Of a DNA stretch of 64,000 bases, positions 1 to 10,436 are shown piece after piece. Location of the stretch: positions 32,001 to 96,000 of IMG/VR virus record IMGVR_UViG_3300020576_006967. One strand, given 5' to 3'. Source of the DNA: a virus. Lineage: Duplodnaviria; Caudoviricetes. Positions within the stretch are counted from its first letter, which is position 1. Every line of letters starts with the position of its first letter. A program made the position numbers and the translations under genes. The notes beneath the pieces are model-generated. The model worked only from the letters and a program-made list of their open reading frames with translations. It was not told the DNA's origin and did no database searches.

Positions 1-19
1 TACACTAAAAATCCTAGAT

Positions 20-70
20 ATGAAATATGTCGTAATAGATGTTGAAACTAAAATTTTATCATATTTATAA
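20..70 (+). pseudogene. Stranded 5' remnant of the DEDDh exonuclease gene (MKYVVIDVET...)
   Basis: ATG at 20 reads MKYVVIDVETKILSYL*, matching KYVVIDIET at the start of 1116..1712. Confidence 0.7.
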
Positions 71-78
71 TAAAAAAC

Positions 79-1113
79 ATGATAAATAAAGTTTCCAAAA
101 AAGATATTAATCTCTTTGTAAGAGAATACAATTCTGGAGTTAGTATTTATAAAATAGCTAAAAATACAAAATTTACTCCAGCCACTATAAAAAAATGGAT
201 TATTATAAATGGTATTGAGCTAAGAAAAACACCGTTTGATTTTTCTAAAAATAAAACAAGAAAACCCACAAATGAAAAATTACTAATTGAACTTTATGTT
301 AAAGAAGGAAAAGAACTTTCACATGTATGTCAAAAATTAAAAATTTCCAGATCACTTGCTAAATATTATTTAGAAAAAAATAGAATAAAATTAAGAGAGA
401 AAGGTCCAAATAAAACTAAGTTTACAGATAAAGAAAAAAAAGAAATAATAAGACTTTACACAATTGAAAAAAGGGGTGCTAAATATATAGGCTCTATTTT
501 TAACAGATCAGATACTTGTATGACTTATTGGTTAAATAAGTGGGGTGTTAAAAAGAATACAAGATCAGAGATTTCTTTAAAAATCAGAAAGGTGTATGGG
601 CCAACCAAAGGATTTACTGGAAAAAGACATACTAAAAGTTCTAAAAAACAAATTTCAGAAAGTGGATTAAAAGCTTGGGATGAAAACGACAGACTTCCAA
701 TAATAGGTAAATCAAGAACTTTTAATACTAAAATTGGTAAAGTTTTAGGTTCATATGAAGTAGCATATATTCAAAAACTTACAAATGAAGGAAAAATTTT
801 ACCTAAGCCGAATAGAAAAAAAATAAAAACACCATTTGGACAATATGTTCCAGACTTTGACACGGATAAAAATTATATAGAAATAAAAAGCCCATTTACT
901 TTATCAGTGTGTAAAGGCAAAACTTCAAATGGTAAAGGTAAATTAACAGACATTCAGTGGAAAAAAATTCAATGGGTAAGAAAAAATATTAAATCAGTTA
1001 AAGTAATTGTTATAAAAAAACAAGATGCATTAAATTTATTTAAGCAAGCAATAAAAGAAGGCTTGGTTTTAGACAAAGTAGAAATTAAAAATTCACAATA
1101 TAAAATATTATAA
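79..1113 (+). CDS. Putative homing endonuclease (HTH repeats, NUMOD3-like motif, PD-(D/E)XK nuclease)
   Basis: FTGKRHTKSSKKQIS NUMOD3-like motif; YVPDF...YIEIKS catalytic motif; very basic. Confidence 0.65.
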   Translation: MINKVSKKDINLFVREYNSGVSIYKIAKNTKFTPATIKKWIIINGIELRKTPFDFSKNKTRKPTNEKLLIELYVKEGKELSHVCQKLKISRSLAKYYLEKNRIKLREKGPNKTKFTDKEKKEIIRLYTIEKRGAKYIGSIFNRSDTCMTYWLNKWGVKKNTRSEISLKIRKVYGPTKGFTGKRHTKSSKKQISESGLKAWDENDRLPIIGKSRTFNTKIGKVLGSYEVAYIQKLTNEGKILPKPNRKKIKTPFGQYVPDFDTDKNYIEIKSPFTLSVCKGKTSNGKGKLTDIQWKKIQWVRKNIKSVKVIVIKKQDALNLFKQAIKEGLVLDKVEIKNSQYKIL

Positions 1114-1115
1114 TT

Positions 1116-1712
1116 ATGGGGCTTAAGTATGTAGTAATTGATATAGAAACATCTGGAATAGATCCAGAAAACAATCAGATTCTTGAATTTGGCGCTGTTA
1201 TAGAAGATAGTGCTAATCCTTTGCCAATAGAAGAACTTCCAAAGTTTAAATGTATAGTTAGACATGACTCTTATACAGGAAGCGCATTTGCCATTAATAT
1301 GAATAAGCGTATCTTTGATATTTTGGCTAAATTTGAGGGCGCAAAGAATTATGAAGATGGTAAAAAGATTGCCGAAGAACACAATATTTTAACTCCTGGT
1401 GCAATGTGCGTAAGTTTTCTTAATTGGGTTAAAGAAAACGGAATAGATAACACAATAAATATTGCTGGGAAAAATTTTGCTGTGTTTGATAAAGTGTTTT
1501 TAGAACAATTACTCACATGGAGAGAAGATATAACATATCTTTGCGAAAGACGCTATTTGGATCCTTCTATGCTTTATGTGGACTGGAAAACAGATAAGAA
1601 ATTACCAAGCCTTGATGAATGTTTAAAAAGGGCTGGTATAAATCGACAAGTAACCCACGACGCTCTTCAAGATGCAATAGATACTTTGTTGTGTTTTAGA
1701 GCTAAATATTAG
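1116..1712 (+). CDS. DEDDh 3'-5' exonuclease
   Basis: IDIETSG, NFAVFD, THDALQDA motifs. Confidence 0.85.
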   Translation: MGLKYVVIDIETSGIDPENNQILEFGAVIEDSANPLPIEELPKFKCIVRHDSYTGSAFAINMNKRIFDILAKFEGAKNYEDGKKIAEEHNILTPGAMCVSFLNWVKENGIDNTINIAGKNFAVFDKVFLEQLLTWREDITYLCERRYLDPSMLYVDWKTDKKLPSLDECLKRAGINRQVTHDALQDAIDTLLCFRAKY

Positions 1713-1713
1713 C

Positions 1714-1739
1714 AACCTTTTAGTTAAATTTGCGTATAA
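1714..1739 (+). promoter_or_regulatory. ECF-like promoter AAC-N16-CGTATAA
   Basis: aaccttttagttaaatttgcgtataa upstream of gltX ATG 1753; one of 13 copies. Confidence 0.75.
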
Positions 1740-1752
1740 CAATAAAAAAGCT

Positions 1753-3325
1753 ATGTCAAACAATATAAAAGATGGTAAGGGGCGTGTCCGTGTGAGATAC
1801 GCCCCTTCATAATTCACCCACAGGATTTCAACATATTGGCGGTATTCGTACAGCCCTATACAACTACCTATTTGCAAAAAAGCATGGTGGCGATTTCATT
1901 CTTCGTATAGAAGATACTGATATGACTCGTTATGTTCCTGAGTCAGAACAATACATTATTGATGTTCTGGCTTGGATGGGTATAAGCCCAAATGAAGGTT
2001 ATGGTATTGGTGGAGACAAAGGCCCTTATAGACAATCAGAAAGATTGGCTCTTTACAAAGAACACGCTCTTAAATTGGTTGAGTCTGGTCACGCTTATTA
2101 TGCATTTGACACAGAAGAAGAGTTGGATGGCCTTAGAAAATCATTTGAAGGTACAAAGAAAAAATTTGCATATAATTGTTTTTCAAGAGATAGACTTAAA
2201 AATTCTTTAAGCATGTCTGAAGAAGAATTGAAAAGCGCTTTTGATTCAGGTGTGTCTTATGTAATAAGATTCAAGATGTCAAAAGGCGTTGATGTGTCTT
2301 TTAGCGATTCTGTTCGTGACAGCGTAAGTTTCAATACAAACAACTTGCAAGACGAGGTTTTGATTAAAGCCGATGGCTTCCCAGCTTATCATATTGCAAA
2401 CGTGGTCGATGATCACTTTATGGAAATCACACATGTGATTCGTGGCGTAGAGTGGTTATCAAGTACGCCTTTACATGTGCTTATATATGATGCGCTTGGT
2501 TGGGACAAACCAACGTTTTGTCATTTGCCGCTTGTTAATGGGCCAGATGGAAAAAAGTTAAGCAAGCGTGAGGTGGCCAATTACAAGTTTCCAATTTTTC
2601 CTCTTGGAGTTGATACAAAAGACGAAAATGGTGTTGATATTCACTATGAAGGTTTAAATGAGTATGGATTTGATCCACTTCCGCTTTTAAACGCTTTGTC
2701 TTTGACTGGGTGGAATCCTGGAGGAGAAAAAGAGCATTTTACAAAGGAAGAATTGGTAGATTTGTTTACTCTTGAAAGGATTAATAACGCTAGCGCCATG
2801 TTTGACATTAAAAAGGCAACTAGTTTTAATGCTGCATACATACGCTCTTTGGACAACTTGGAGTTATTCAACAATTATATTGCTCCTGAAGTTGAGTTTT
2901 TCCCTTACAAATACGATGATGAAAAAAATGTGGCTATTGCAATAGCAGCTAAAGAAAGAGCTAATTTTGGAAAAGAATTGGTTTCAAATATTATTTATTT
3001 TTTTGGGGATGTTGTTTTTACTTCTGCTTTAACTATAAAGTTCCCTGAAGAATTTTCTAGTGTTATGAACGTGTTCTTAACAAAGGATATTGAATGGAAT
3101 GAAAAAACTATTCATAATGAATTAGAGGCCACTGCGCATGGTTTGGATACTCAAATGAAGTACATTGGGCCAGACTTAAGAAAAGCTCTTACAGGTGGAA
3201 TGCCAGGTCCCACAAACGCATATATTATGTGGGTTCTTGGAAAAGAAAACTCCTTTCAAAGAATAAACGCTTTGCTTAACTTGATTAAAGAAGGTTCTTA
3301 TAATAAGAATCCTTTACTATATTAA
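1753..3325 (+). CDS. gltX: Glutamyl-tRNA synthetase, interrupted by a 7-nt insert at 1810-1816
   Basis: 1753-1809 encodes MSNNIKDGKGRVRVRYAPS; from 1817 a different frame gives PTGFQHIGGIRTALYNYLFAKKHGGDFILRIEDTD, continuous with ORF 1922..3325 (GPYRQSER, VVDDHFMEITHVIRG, KLSKR). Confidence 0.9.
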
Positions 3326-3356
3326 AAAGTTGCAGGTAATTCCTGCAACTTTTTTT
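3324..3356 (+). terminator. Intrinsic terminator after gltX
   Basis: aaaaagttgcagg-taatt-cctgcaactttttt hairpin plus T run. Confidence 0.8.
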
Positions 3357-3372
3357 AATTTTATACGTATAA
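3347..3372 (+). promoter_or_regulatory. ECF-like promoter overlapping the terminator
   Basis: aact...cgtataa with N16 spacing. Confidence 0.7.
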
Positions 3373-3400
3373 CAAATGCAAGATAATTCTTGAAATATAA

Positions 3401-3946
3401 ATGGAAAAAAATAAAAAAGAAATTCCGACAGAAACAGAAAGAAAATTTTTACTAAAAAGATTGCCAAAAGCAATTTTATCCAAACAGAAACATGACGTTC
3501 TGAATATTGTTCAGTATTATTTTAAAATTGAAGGTAAATGGCAAAGATTTCGCATTTCTCAAAATGCAAAAACTTTAAAAGTTAAGTACATACACACCAT
3601 TAAGGGCCCTCAGATTAGTTTGGGTTCATGTCTGGAAGACGAGAGAACAATTACAAAAAAAACGTTTGAAAAGATTTATTCTCAGTATAAGAGTGATGGT
3701 CTTGTAATTGAAAAAACAAGATATGTCATAAAACATAAAGGGTTTAAGTTTGAAATAGATGCCTATCATGGTATTTGTTTGGTCACTTTAGAAGTTGAAG
3801 TTCCGACCATAGAAACTCTTTATGAGTACCCAATTGATTTAAAAGATGAAATTGTGTTTGAGCTTACTGGAATAGAACAATTCAGTAACAAAAACCTAGC
3901 TTTTAAAAATAAGAATCATAAATTGTATTTTAAAATTAAAAAATAA
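3401..3946 (+). CDS. CYTH domain protein
   Basis: ETERKFL, IEKTRY, FEIDAY, LEVE motifs. Confidence 0.8.
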   Translation: MEKNKKEIPTETERKFLLKRLPKAILSKQKHDVLNIVQYYFKIEGKWQRFRISQNAKTLKVKYIHTIKGPQISLGSCLEDERTITKKTFEKIYSQYKSDGLVIEKTRYVIKHKGFKFEIDAYHGICLVTLEVEVPTIETLYEYPIDLKDEIVFELTGIEQFSNKNLAFKNKNHKLYFKIKK

Positions 3947-3948
3947 TT

Positions 3949-4377
3949 TTGTTACTTATGGAACCGATTAAAGAAGAAGATATGAATTTTTTTATTTTCA
4001 TTTCTTGTCAAGAAAAAATCACAAATCCAACAAAGGCATCAATGGCGGTAATACAAGCTATGCTTTTTTCAGAAGGAGCTATTAGTGTTGAAAAAATAAA
4101 TGAAAGCGCATTCGTTTTTTCAACAACAATGACATACGAAGCAATAAAGAAAAAGCTAAGTAGAACAAAAATAGGTTTTATAATTTTGGATATTGGCGTT
4201 TTGTATGATCTAGAACAAATATTTGGAACTGGGCCAAACATAAAATTTGAATTGTTTAAAAATATCGCCGAACAAAAATTTTCTAAAGAAAAACCAAGAC
4301 TGCAAAAAATTTCTGAAAACTCAGTTGAAAAAGAAAGATTTGAGTTGGCAGCTAAACTTAGGGATATAAAAAAATAA
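3949..4377 (+). CDS. Hypothetical protein with C-terminal UvrB/C (UVR) motif
   Basis: EKERFELAAKLRD; start may be ATG 3958. Confidence 0.55.
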   Translation: MLLMEPIKEEDMNFFIFISCQEKITNPTKASMAVIQAMLFSEGAISVEKINESAFVFSTTMTYEAIKKKLSRTKIGFIILDIGVLYDLEQIFGTGPNIKFELFKNIAEQKFSKEKPRLQKISENSVEKERFELAAKLRDIKK

Positions 4378-4380
4378 CAA

Positions 4381-4962
4381 ATGAACGTAAACAAAGAAGT
4401 AAACTCAAAAAAAATAAAAAAAGCCATTGTAGTAAATCTTATAGGTGGCCCAGGCGTTGGAAAATCTATTATAACATCAGATTTATTCTCAGCGCTTAAA
4501 AGGAAATATGTTAGTTGCGAAGTTTCGCCTGAGTATATAAAAAAGAAATTAAGAGAACAAGCTTTAAAAGCCGTTCAAAGTCAAATATATATATTTGCAA
4601 AACAACAATTTCAATTGTTTACACTAAAAGATGATGTAGAGGTTACTGTTACAGATTCTCCAATTATTCTTTCTGCCATATATGATAAGACTGAATGTAA
4701 ATTTCTTAGAGGTTTAATTTTAAAAGAATTTAAAAAATACAAAAATCTAAACTTTTATATTGAAAGAGATCCAAGTGCCGAATACGAACAAGAGGGACGA
4801 TATCAAAACTTGGATGGCGCTAAAAAAGTTGATGAAAAAATTAAAAAATTTTTAAAAAAGCATGGCATAAAGCACACGATAATTAATGGCATCGGAGAAG
4901 ACTCCTTGCAAACAGTAATTAACGAGGTAAATAAAATTTTAAAAAAGAGAAATAAAAAATGA
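4381..4962 (+). CDS. P-loop nucleotide kinase (NadR/AAA_28-like)
   Basis: NLIGGPGVGKS, PEYIK, VTDSPI, GRYQ. Confidence 0.7.
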   Translation: MNVNKEVNSKKIKKAIVVNLIGGPGVGKSIITSDLFSALKRKYVSCEVSPEYIKKKLREQALKAVQSQIYIFAKQQFQLFTLKDDVEVTVTDSPIILSAIYDKTECKFLRGLILKEFKKYKNLNFYIERDPSAEYEQEGRYQNLDGAKKVDEKIKKFLKKHGIKHTIINGIGEDSLQTVINEVNKILKKRNKK

Positions 4963-5804
4963 TAAAAGATAATTTGCTAACTTCTTGGTTAAAAGAACAA
5001 GAGGTTAAACATAGTAAAAGTTGGCTTGTAGTGCTTTTTGCACAACCAAGCGTGTATTTGTTTACATTGTTGAAGAAAACGTGTATAATTGGCTTTATAT
5101 TGCTGGTCATTTATTTAATACTTGAAAAACTTGGCATAAAAGAACAGGTGCTTCCAAATACTTTTCATAGTGTGGTTGGTGTGGTTATTGGTTTATTACT
5201 TGTGTTTAGAGTGAGTACAGCATATGATAGATGGTGGGAGGCAAGAAAGCTTTTTGCCTCATTTCATGCTGCAATACTATACTTAAAAACTATACAAATA
5301 AAATATAATAAACAGGAATCAGATTCTGCATTGTTAAAAATAAATGAAAGTTTTTTTGATTATTGCGCCTCAATAAGTGTAAAAGAAATTTCTGCATGTA
5401 AAAATGCATTTTTAAAAAACTTAAATTTGTTGGACGACTATTTCAAAGTAGATCAAAGTGCTATAAATTTAAGTATGGTTGAAAAACACAAAATAGATAT
5501 TTTGGCTATTTTTACCTCTGTAGAAAGAATTAAAGATACGCCAATTCCACAGTCATATTCTCTACATATTAAAATTTCAATCATGTCCTATATTTTAAGT
5601 TTACCTCTTGGTTTATTTCATGAGTTTGGTTATGGTTCAATACCATTTGCAATGTTTATTTATTTTGTGATTGGCGGAATTGAAGTTATTAGTAATGAAA
5701 TAGAAAACCCTTTTCAGCAAGCTCCAAATGATCTTCCTTTAAAGGATTATATGGATGAAAATAAAAAATACATACATGAACAAGGAACAACAAAAGAATC
5801 TTAG
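4959..5804 (+). CDS. Bestrophin-family ion channel
   Basis: LLVFR...AYDRWWEAR, ERIKDTPIP, EIENPF...NDLPL. Confidence 0.85.
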   Translation: MIKDNLLTSWLKEQEVKHSKSWLVVLFAQPSVYLFTLLKKTCIIGFILLVIYLILEKLGIKEQVLPNTFHSVVGVVIGLLLVFRVSTAYDRWWEARKLFASFHAAILYLKTIQIKYNKQESDSALLKINESFFDYCASISVKEISACKNAFLKNLNLLDDYFKVDQSAINLSMVEKHKIDILAIFTSVERIKDTPIPQSYSLHIKISIMSYILSLPLGLFHEFGYGSIPFAMFIYFVIGGIEVISNEIENPFQQAPNDLPLKDYMDENKKYIHEQGTTKES

Positions 5805-6321
5805 CAAATCGCTTTCTTATTGGCTACGTCATAAACCAGAAAATTTGGGAATTGTACTTGAAAAAGACGGTTGGGCAAATGTGTCTGAACTTATTGAAAA
5901 AGCTAAACAAAAAATAGAGTTTAGCTTGGAAGACTTGAAAGAGGTTGTTGCCGAAAACGACAAACAACGTTTTTCTTTTAATGAAGATTTTACAAAAATA
6001 AAAGCAAATCAGGGTCACACAGCAGAGGTGGATATAAAATTTAAAAAGATTGTCCCTCCAGTAATTCTTTATCATGGAACTGTTGATAAATTTTTTGATT
6101 CTATAAAAAAACAAGGTCTTACAAAACAAAAAAGGCATCATGTTCATTTAAGCAAAGATAAAGAAACCGCAATAAGTGTAGGTTCTAGACGTGGTAAAGC
6201 AATTGTTTTAGAAGTTGATTGTAAAAAAATGTTAGCTGATGGATTCGATTTTTTTCTTTCAGATAATGGCGTGTATCTTACAGATGAGGTTCCGTCAAAA
6301 TATATAAAAATTTCTGTATAA
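5776..6321 (+). CDS. kptA: RNA 2'-phosphotransferase Tpt1/KptA
   Basis: LSYWLRH, NDKQRF, ANQGH, LYHGT, RHHVHLS, VGSRRG. Confidence 0.9.
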   Translation: MNKEQQKNLSKSLSYWLRHKPENLGIVLEKDGWANVSELIEKAKQKIEFSLEDLKEVVAENDKQRFSFNEDFTKIKANQGHTAEVDIKFKKIVPPVILYHGTVDKFFDSIKKQGLTKQKRHHVHLSKDKETAISVGSRRGKAIVLEVDCKKMLADGFDFFLSDNGVYLTDEVPSKYIKISV

Positions 6322-6339
6322 TATTTGTCTGGGTTTTTG

Positions 6340-6370
6340 TTGATTATGTGAGGTAAAATTGTTATATTTG
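6340..6370 (+). promoter_or_regulatory. Bacteroidota housekeeping-type promoter (TTG...TATATTTG)
   Basis: TAnnTTTG at 6363-6370 ahead of ATG 6388. Confidence 0.6.
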
Positions 6371-6387
6371 CCACAAATAATCGCACT

Positions 6388-6726
6388 ATGTCTATAAAAA
6401 TTTCTTTTAAGAGTACCCAATCTGAAAAAAGATGGCTAGAACTATACAACGAAAAAACAGCACTTCAAGCAAAAAAGAAAACAGCCGCAATTGAAAAAAA
6501 GATAAGTTCTTTAACTAGTTTAATGACTGCTTGCAAAGTGGGTTTTAATCTTTCCGAGGCAAAAGTAAAAAAAATATCAAAAACATTAATTACAACAACT
6601 GGTATAGCTAAAACAAGATACGCTACAATTCCAGATGGAGTTAAATCTGAAGTGTTGTTATTTAAAGATGTTGTTGTTACATATGCGGTTATTGGCGGAG
6701 AAGTTTTATTTCGTGAAAAACAATAA
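6388..6726 (+). CDS. Hypothetical protein
   Basis: ORF with its own promoter. Confidence 0.6.
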   Translation: MSIKISFKSTQSEKRWLELYNEKTALQAKKKTAAIEKKISSLTSLMTACKVGFNLSEAKVKKISKTLITTTGIAKTRYATIPDGVKSEVLLFKDVVVTYAVIGGEVLFREKQ

Positions 6727-6750
6727 CCTTTTTTGTTTTTTTACGTATAA
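6725..6750 (+). promoter_or_regulatory. ECF-like promoter
   Basis: aaccttttttgtttttttacgtataa. Confidence 0.75.
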
Positions 6751-6758
6751 CAAATATT

Positions 6759-8303
6759 ATGACATTAATTTCTGTACAGGGCAAGCCAAAAACAATAACA
6801 ACTAAAGACAAAGAAATTGTTTTTAGCTTACATACTATTATACTACTCATAGGTTTAGACGGATCAGGTAAAAGCAATTTTGCTAAAACGCATTTGGTTC
6901 CAAAAATTAAATCCTTTTCAAGTCAAGGGAAACAAATTTCTGTTGTAAATATTGAACAAGATAAAATTCTTGAAACAATCACTGATGGTCAAAGTAAGGA
7001 GAGGACAGAATTCTCTTATATGGCACAAAAAGCATCTGTTTCCATGTTAGAAAGCTCTGCTAGATACCCTGTATCTGCTGACTTTATCATTTTAGATTGC
7101 GATGCAATGGATGAAAATTTTAGATTGCAAGTTTCTATTATTGCAGAAGACAATGGTTATAAAATACACGCTTTCATCTTTGACCTTCCAGTTGAGGAGC
7201 ATTTTTATATTGATCTTTCTGGTGAGAAGGTTCAAATAAAAGGGCCTCAAAAAAAGAAAATTAGACAATTAATGTCTGGTCAAATTCAAAAAGAAAAATA
7301 TCACAAAGTAGACACAATAACATCTAGGGCGTATTCAGATTTTAGTTTGGATGATTATATCCACACAGATCAATTTACGCTACCAGATGGCCCAGAATAT
7401 GTTTTAATAGGAGATATTCATGGTTGTCTTGATGAATTTAAAGAATTGTTAATTTTAAATGGTTTTGTTATAGGTGAAGATATGAGGGTTAGTCACCCAG
7501 AAGGTAAAAAAGTTGTGCTTATTGGAGATCTTGTTGACAAGGGGTATGACATAATTGGCGTTATCGAGTTTGCTTATGCCAACATTGGTGTTTTTTTCAT
7601 GGTTCTTGGAAACCACGAATCTTTCGTTTACAGATTGTTAAAAAAACTAGCCAGCACAAAAGATTCAACTCCAGAACTTAGAAAAGAGTATTTTGAAACA
7701 TACGAGCTTTTAAAAGAATATCAAAAACCAGATGAGGATAAATTGTATGAAAAATACATTTACTCTATTGAGGAAAAAGAAATTGTTTCTTCTAAAGAGG
7801 ATTTTTTAGAAGAATATTATAGAGAAAACCCAGTTCCAACTCCACAAGAAATAAAACGCATCACTGAAGTGCGAGAAAAGTTTTTTGCTGTGGTTGAAAA
7901 CATGAAAAGTTTTTTTGTGCATAAAGATTTCATAGCTACACACGCACCATGTGAGTCGAAGCATCTTGGAAAGATTAACGATGCTTCCTTGAAGGCTGCT
8001 AGAGATTTTAGATATCCTAAACAATCTGATTTTGAAGATTTTAGTTCTTTTATGTATGAATTTGATTTAAGAACAGCTTATTTAAGAATTGAGGCAAATG
8101 ATAATTATAAATTTCATATCTTTGGACACGTAATGACGAAAGAGGTATCTAGGTTTAAAAATAAAATTTGTATTGACACTGGATGTGTGTCTGGCGGCAA
8201 GCTTTCTGCTTTAACTATTAAAGGGAAAAAAATAACTATCAATCACGTTGAAAATACTGGTAAAACAAAAAAACAAAAAGAACTATTTAATTTTTTCCAA
8301 TAA
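6759..8303 (+). CDS. Pnkp-like P-loop kinase + metallophosphoesterase fusion
   Basis: GLDGSGKS; IGDIHGC, GDLVDKG, GNHE, FGH, IDTGC. Confidence 0.8.
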   Translation: MTLISVQGKPKTITTKDKEIVFSLHTIILLIGLDGSGKSNFAKTHLVPKIKSFSSQGKQISVVNIEQDKILETITDGQSKERTEFSYMAQKASVSMLESSARYPVSADFIILDCDAMDENFRLQVSIIAEDNGYKIHAFIFDLPVEEHFYIDLSGEKVQIKGPQKKKIRQLMSGQIQKEKYHKVDTITSRAYSDFSLDDYIHTDQFTLPDGPEYVLIGDIHGCLDEFKELLILNGFVIGEDMRVSHPEGKKVVLIGDLVDKGYDIIGVIEFAYANIGVFFMVLGNHESFVYRLLKKLASTKDSTPELRKEYFETYELLKEYQKPDEDKLYEKYIYSIEEKEIVSSKEDFLEEYYRENPVPTPQEIKRITEVREKFFAVVENMKSFFVHKDFIATHAPCESKHLGKINDASLKAARDFRYPKQSDFEDFSSFMYEFDLRTAYLRIEANDNYKFHIFGHVMTKEVSRFKNKICIDTGCVSGGKLSALTIKGKKITINHVENTGKTKKQKELFNFFQ

Positions 8304-9361
8304 TGGCGGACAATTATTATGAAATACTTGGTATAGAAAAATCGGCTTCTCAAGAAGAGATTAAAAAAGCTTATCGAAAACTTGCGATAAAATATCACCC
8401 TGATAAAAACCCAGAAGATAAAACTGCTGAAGAAAAATTTAAAAAAATAGCAGAGGCCTACGAAGTACTTTCAGACGAAGAAAAGAAAAGTAATTTTGAT
8501 TTGTTTGGGGATCCAAAAGGCAGATCTCAGGGAGGCGGTTTTCATGCTGGAGGCATGGATGATATTTTAAATCAATTTAGAGGAGCCTTTGGTTCTAGAC
8601 ATGCTGCGCAAAACGCACAGCAATACCAAGGTGAACACATTCAAATGCGCATGTTTTTATCTCTGGAAGATATTCAAAAAGGTGTCAACAAAGAAGTTGT
8701 TTACACAAAGCGATGCAAGTGCGCCTCTTGTAAAGGTAATGGTTCTAAGGACGGCGCAAATTTAACAAATTGCTCAAAGTGTGGCGGTTCTGGAAGGCTA
8801 CAGGTTCTTATACACGCCTTTAATATGGTGACAATTCAACCATGCGATCATTGTGGTGGAAAGGGTAAACTTCCAACTGTTAAATGCACAGAATGTTATG
8901 GCGAAGGGCTTTTAGAAAAAGAAACAAAGGTTGGTGTGTTTTTTCCAGCTGGTGTTTTTACTGGTTGGAGATGCTCTCTTGCTGGATATGGCCATGAAAG
9001 TGAAATGGATAATAGTATACCAGGAAATCTTTTTATACAAATACAAGAATTAGAACACCCAAAATTCAAAAGAGAGGGCGACAACATAGTGTATAAAATT
9101 AAGGTTAATTTTCCAGACATTATACTTGGCAAAAAAGTAATAATACCTACTCTAGAAAAGAGTGTAGCTTTTGATATACCACCTTATTCAAAGGTTAATA
9201 GTGTATTTCAAATAAAGGGTAAGGGTTTGGGGTCTATACAATTTCCAGGACAAATTGGAAATTTATTAGTTGAAATAGATGTAGACGTTCCGAATAACGT
9301 TTCAGAAGAAGAAATAAAAGTATTGCAAGATTTACAAAAAAGTAGTAACTTTACAATATGA
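8303..9361 (+). CDS. dnaJ: DnaJ chaperone
   Basis: J domain with HPD; four CxxCxGxG repeats. Confidence 0.92.
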   Translation: MADNYYEILGIEKSASQEEIKKAYRKLAIKYHPDKNPEDKTAEEKFKKIAEAYEVLSDEEKKSNFDLFGDPKGRSQGGGFHAGGMDDILNQFRGAFGSRHAAQNAQQYQGEHIQMRMFLSLEDIQKGVNKEVVYTKRCKCASCKGNGSKDGANLTNCSKCGGSGRLQVLIHAFNMVTIQPCDHCGGKGKLPTVKCTECYGEGLLEKETKVGVFFPAGVFTGWRCSLAGYGHESEMDNSIPGNLFIQIQELEHPKFKREGDNIVYKIKVNFPDIILGKKVIIPTLEKSVAFDIPPYSKVNSVFQIKGKGLGSIQFPGQIGNLLVEIDVDVPNNVSEEEIKVLQDLQKSSNFTI

Positions 9362-9498
9362 AAATAGATATAATATTTAAAAGTAAATTTTGGTGTAGAT
9401 TTTTTCACACAGCTTATGGTTGTAATAGTGGAGGGTTTAAATGTCCAAAATGTGAACATTATTGGAAAGTACTTCCAATTCAAATTTTACTTAAATAG
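9358..9498 (+). CDS. Small Cys-rich protein (46 aa, not in the ORF track)
   Basis: ATGA overlap with dnaJ; [36 protein letters not shown]... Confidence 0.5.
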   Translation: MKIDIIFKSKFWCRFFHTAYGCNSGGFKCPKCEHYWKVLPIQILLK

Positions 9499-9502
9499 TT
9501 GA

Positions 9503-9528
9503 AACCTTTTTAAAATTAAAACGTATAA
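9503..9528 (+). promoter_or_regulatory. ECF-like promoter
   Basis: tgaaacctttt...acgtataa. Confidence 0.75.
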
Positions 9529-9560
9529 CATTAAATTAATCACTAATAAAAAACCAAATC

Positions 9561-10406
9561 ATGAAAAAGAACGCACTGCTTATCATTGACGCTCAGTATG
9601 ATTTTTGTAACCCTGCTGGAGCTCTTTTTGTTCCAGGTTCAGTGGAAGACAATCAAAGACTGGCAAAATTCATTCTTAAAAATACCAACGAAATCAGCTA
9701 CATGGCTGCTACATTGGATTCACATCACCTTAACGATATTGCCCACCCATCTTTCTGGATGGACAAAGATGGGAATGATCCAAACCCTTTCACGTTAATC
9801 AGTGCAAAATCTGTTCGTGATGGCGATTGGACACCACGTTTTGATAGTCCTGTAAAAGTATTAGCTTACTTGGACGAGTTAGAAAAACAAGGCGAATTTC
9901 CTCACTTAATTTGGCCAACACATTGCCTTATCGCCTCTAAGGGGCATGCTCTTGACGAAGTTGTTTTTGAAGCTATTAAAGCTTGGGAAAAAACTGGTAA
10001 AGGATGCAGATTCGTTACCAAAGGTACAAACAAACTTACGGAACACTTCGGTGCTTTTGCAGCACAAGTTCCAATTCCAAACGCAAACGAAACGCAATTA
10101 AACATGCCATTGCTTAAAACTCTTTCAGAGTATGACAATGTGTATCTTGCAGGTCAAGCAAAATCTCATTGCGTTGCTACCACTTTAAAACAAGCATTAA
10201 AATATGCTCCTGAATTAGCCAACAAAATCGTTGTACTTGAAGATTGTATGTCAAGTGTTGGCGGCGGACCAGTCCCATCAAATCCATCTTTGACATTTGA
10301 TGTTATCGCACAACCAATTTACGACGATGCAAGAAAACAAGGTGTTCGTTTTGCAAAATCAACTGACCCAATTGGTCAAGTTTCACCAGCTCACTCGTTA
10401 GTTTAA
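9561..10406 (+). CDS. Nicotinamidase/isochorismatase-family cysteine hydrolase
   Basis: LLIIDAQYDF, LDSH, WPTHC, KG, AGQAKSHCV. Confidence 0.85.
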   Translation: MKKNALLIIDAQYDFCNPAGALFVPGSVEDNQRLAKFILKNTNEISYMAATLDSHHLNDIAHPSFWMDKDGNDPNPFTLISAKSVRDGDWTPRFDSPVKVLAYLDELEKQGEFPHLIWPTHCLIASKGHALDEVVFEAIKAWEKTGKGCRFVTKGTNKLTEHFGAFAAQVPIPNANETQLNMPLLKTLSEYDNVYLAGQAKSHCVATTLKQALKYAPELANKIVVLEDCMSSVGGGPVPSNPSLTFDVIAQPIYDDARKQGVRFAKSTDPIGQVSPAHSLV

Positions 10407-10436
10407 TCAATTAATTATTTATTTAAAAAAAATACA

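Noticed and set aside
1807-1816. Group I intron in gltX
   Set aside because: The insert is only 7 nt, so no intron core is possible.
1922-3325. GluRS starting at Met 1922 as in the ORF track
   Set aside because: It omits the RYAPSPTG/HIG catalytic motif, which is encoded at 1753-1921.
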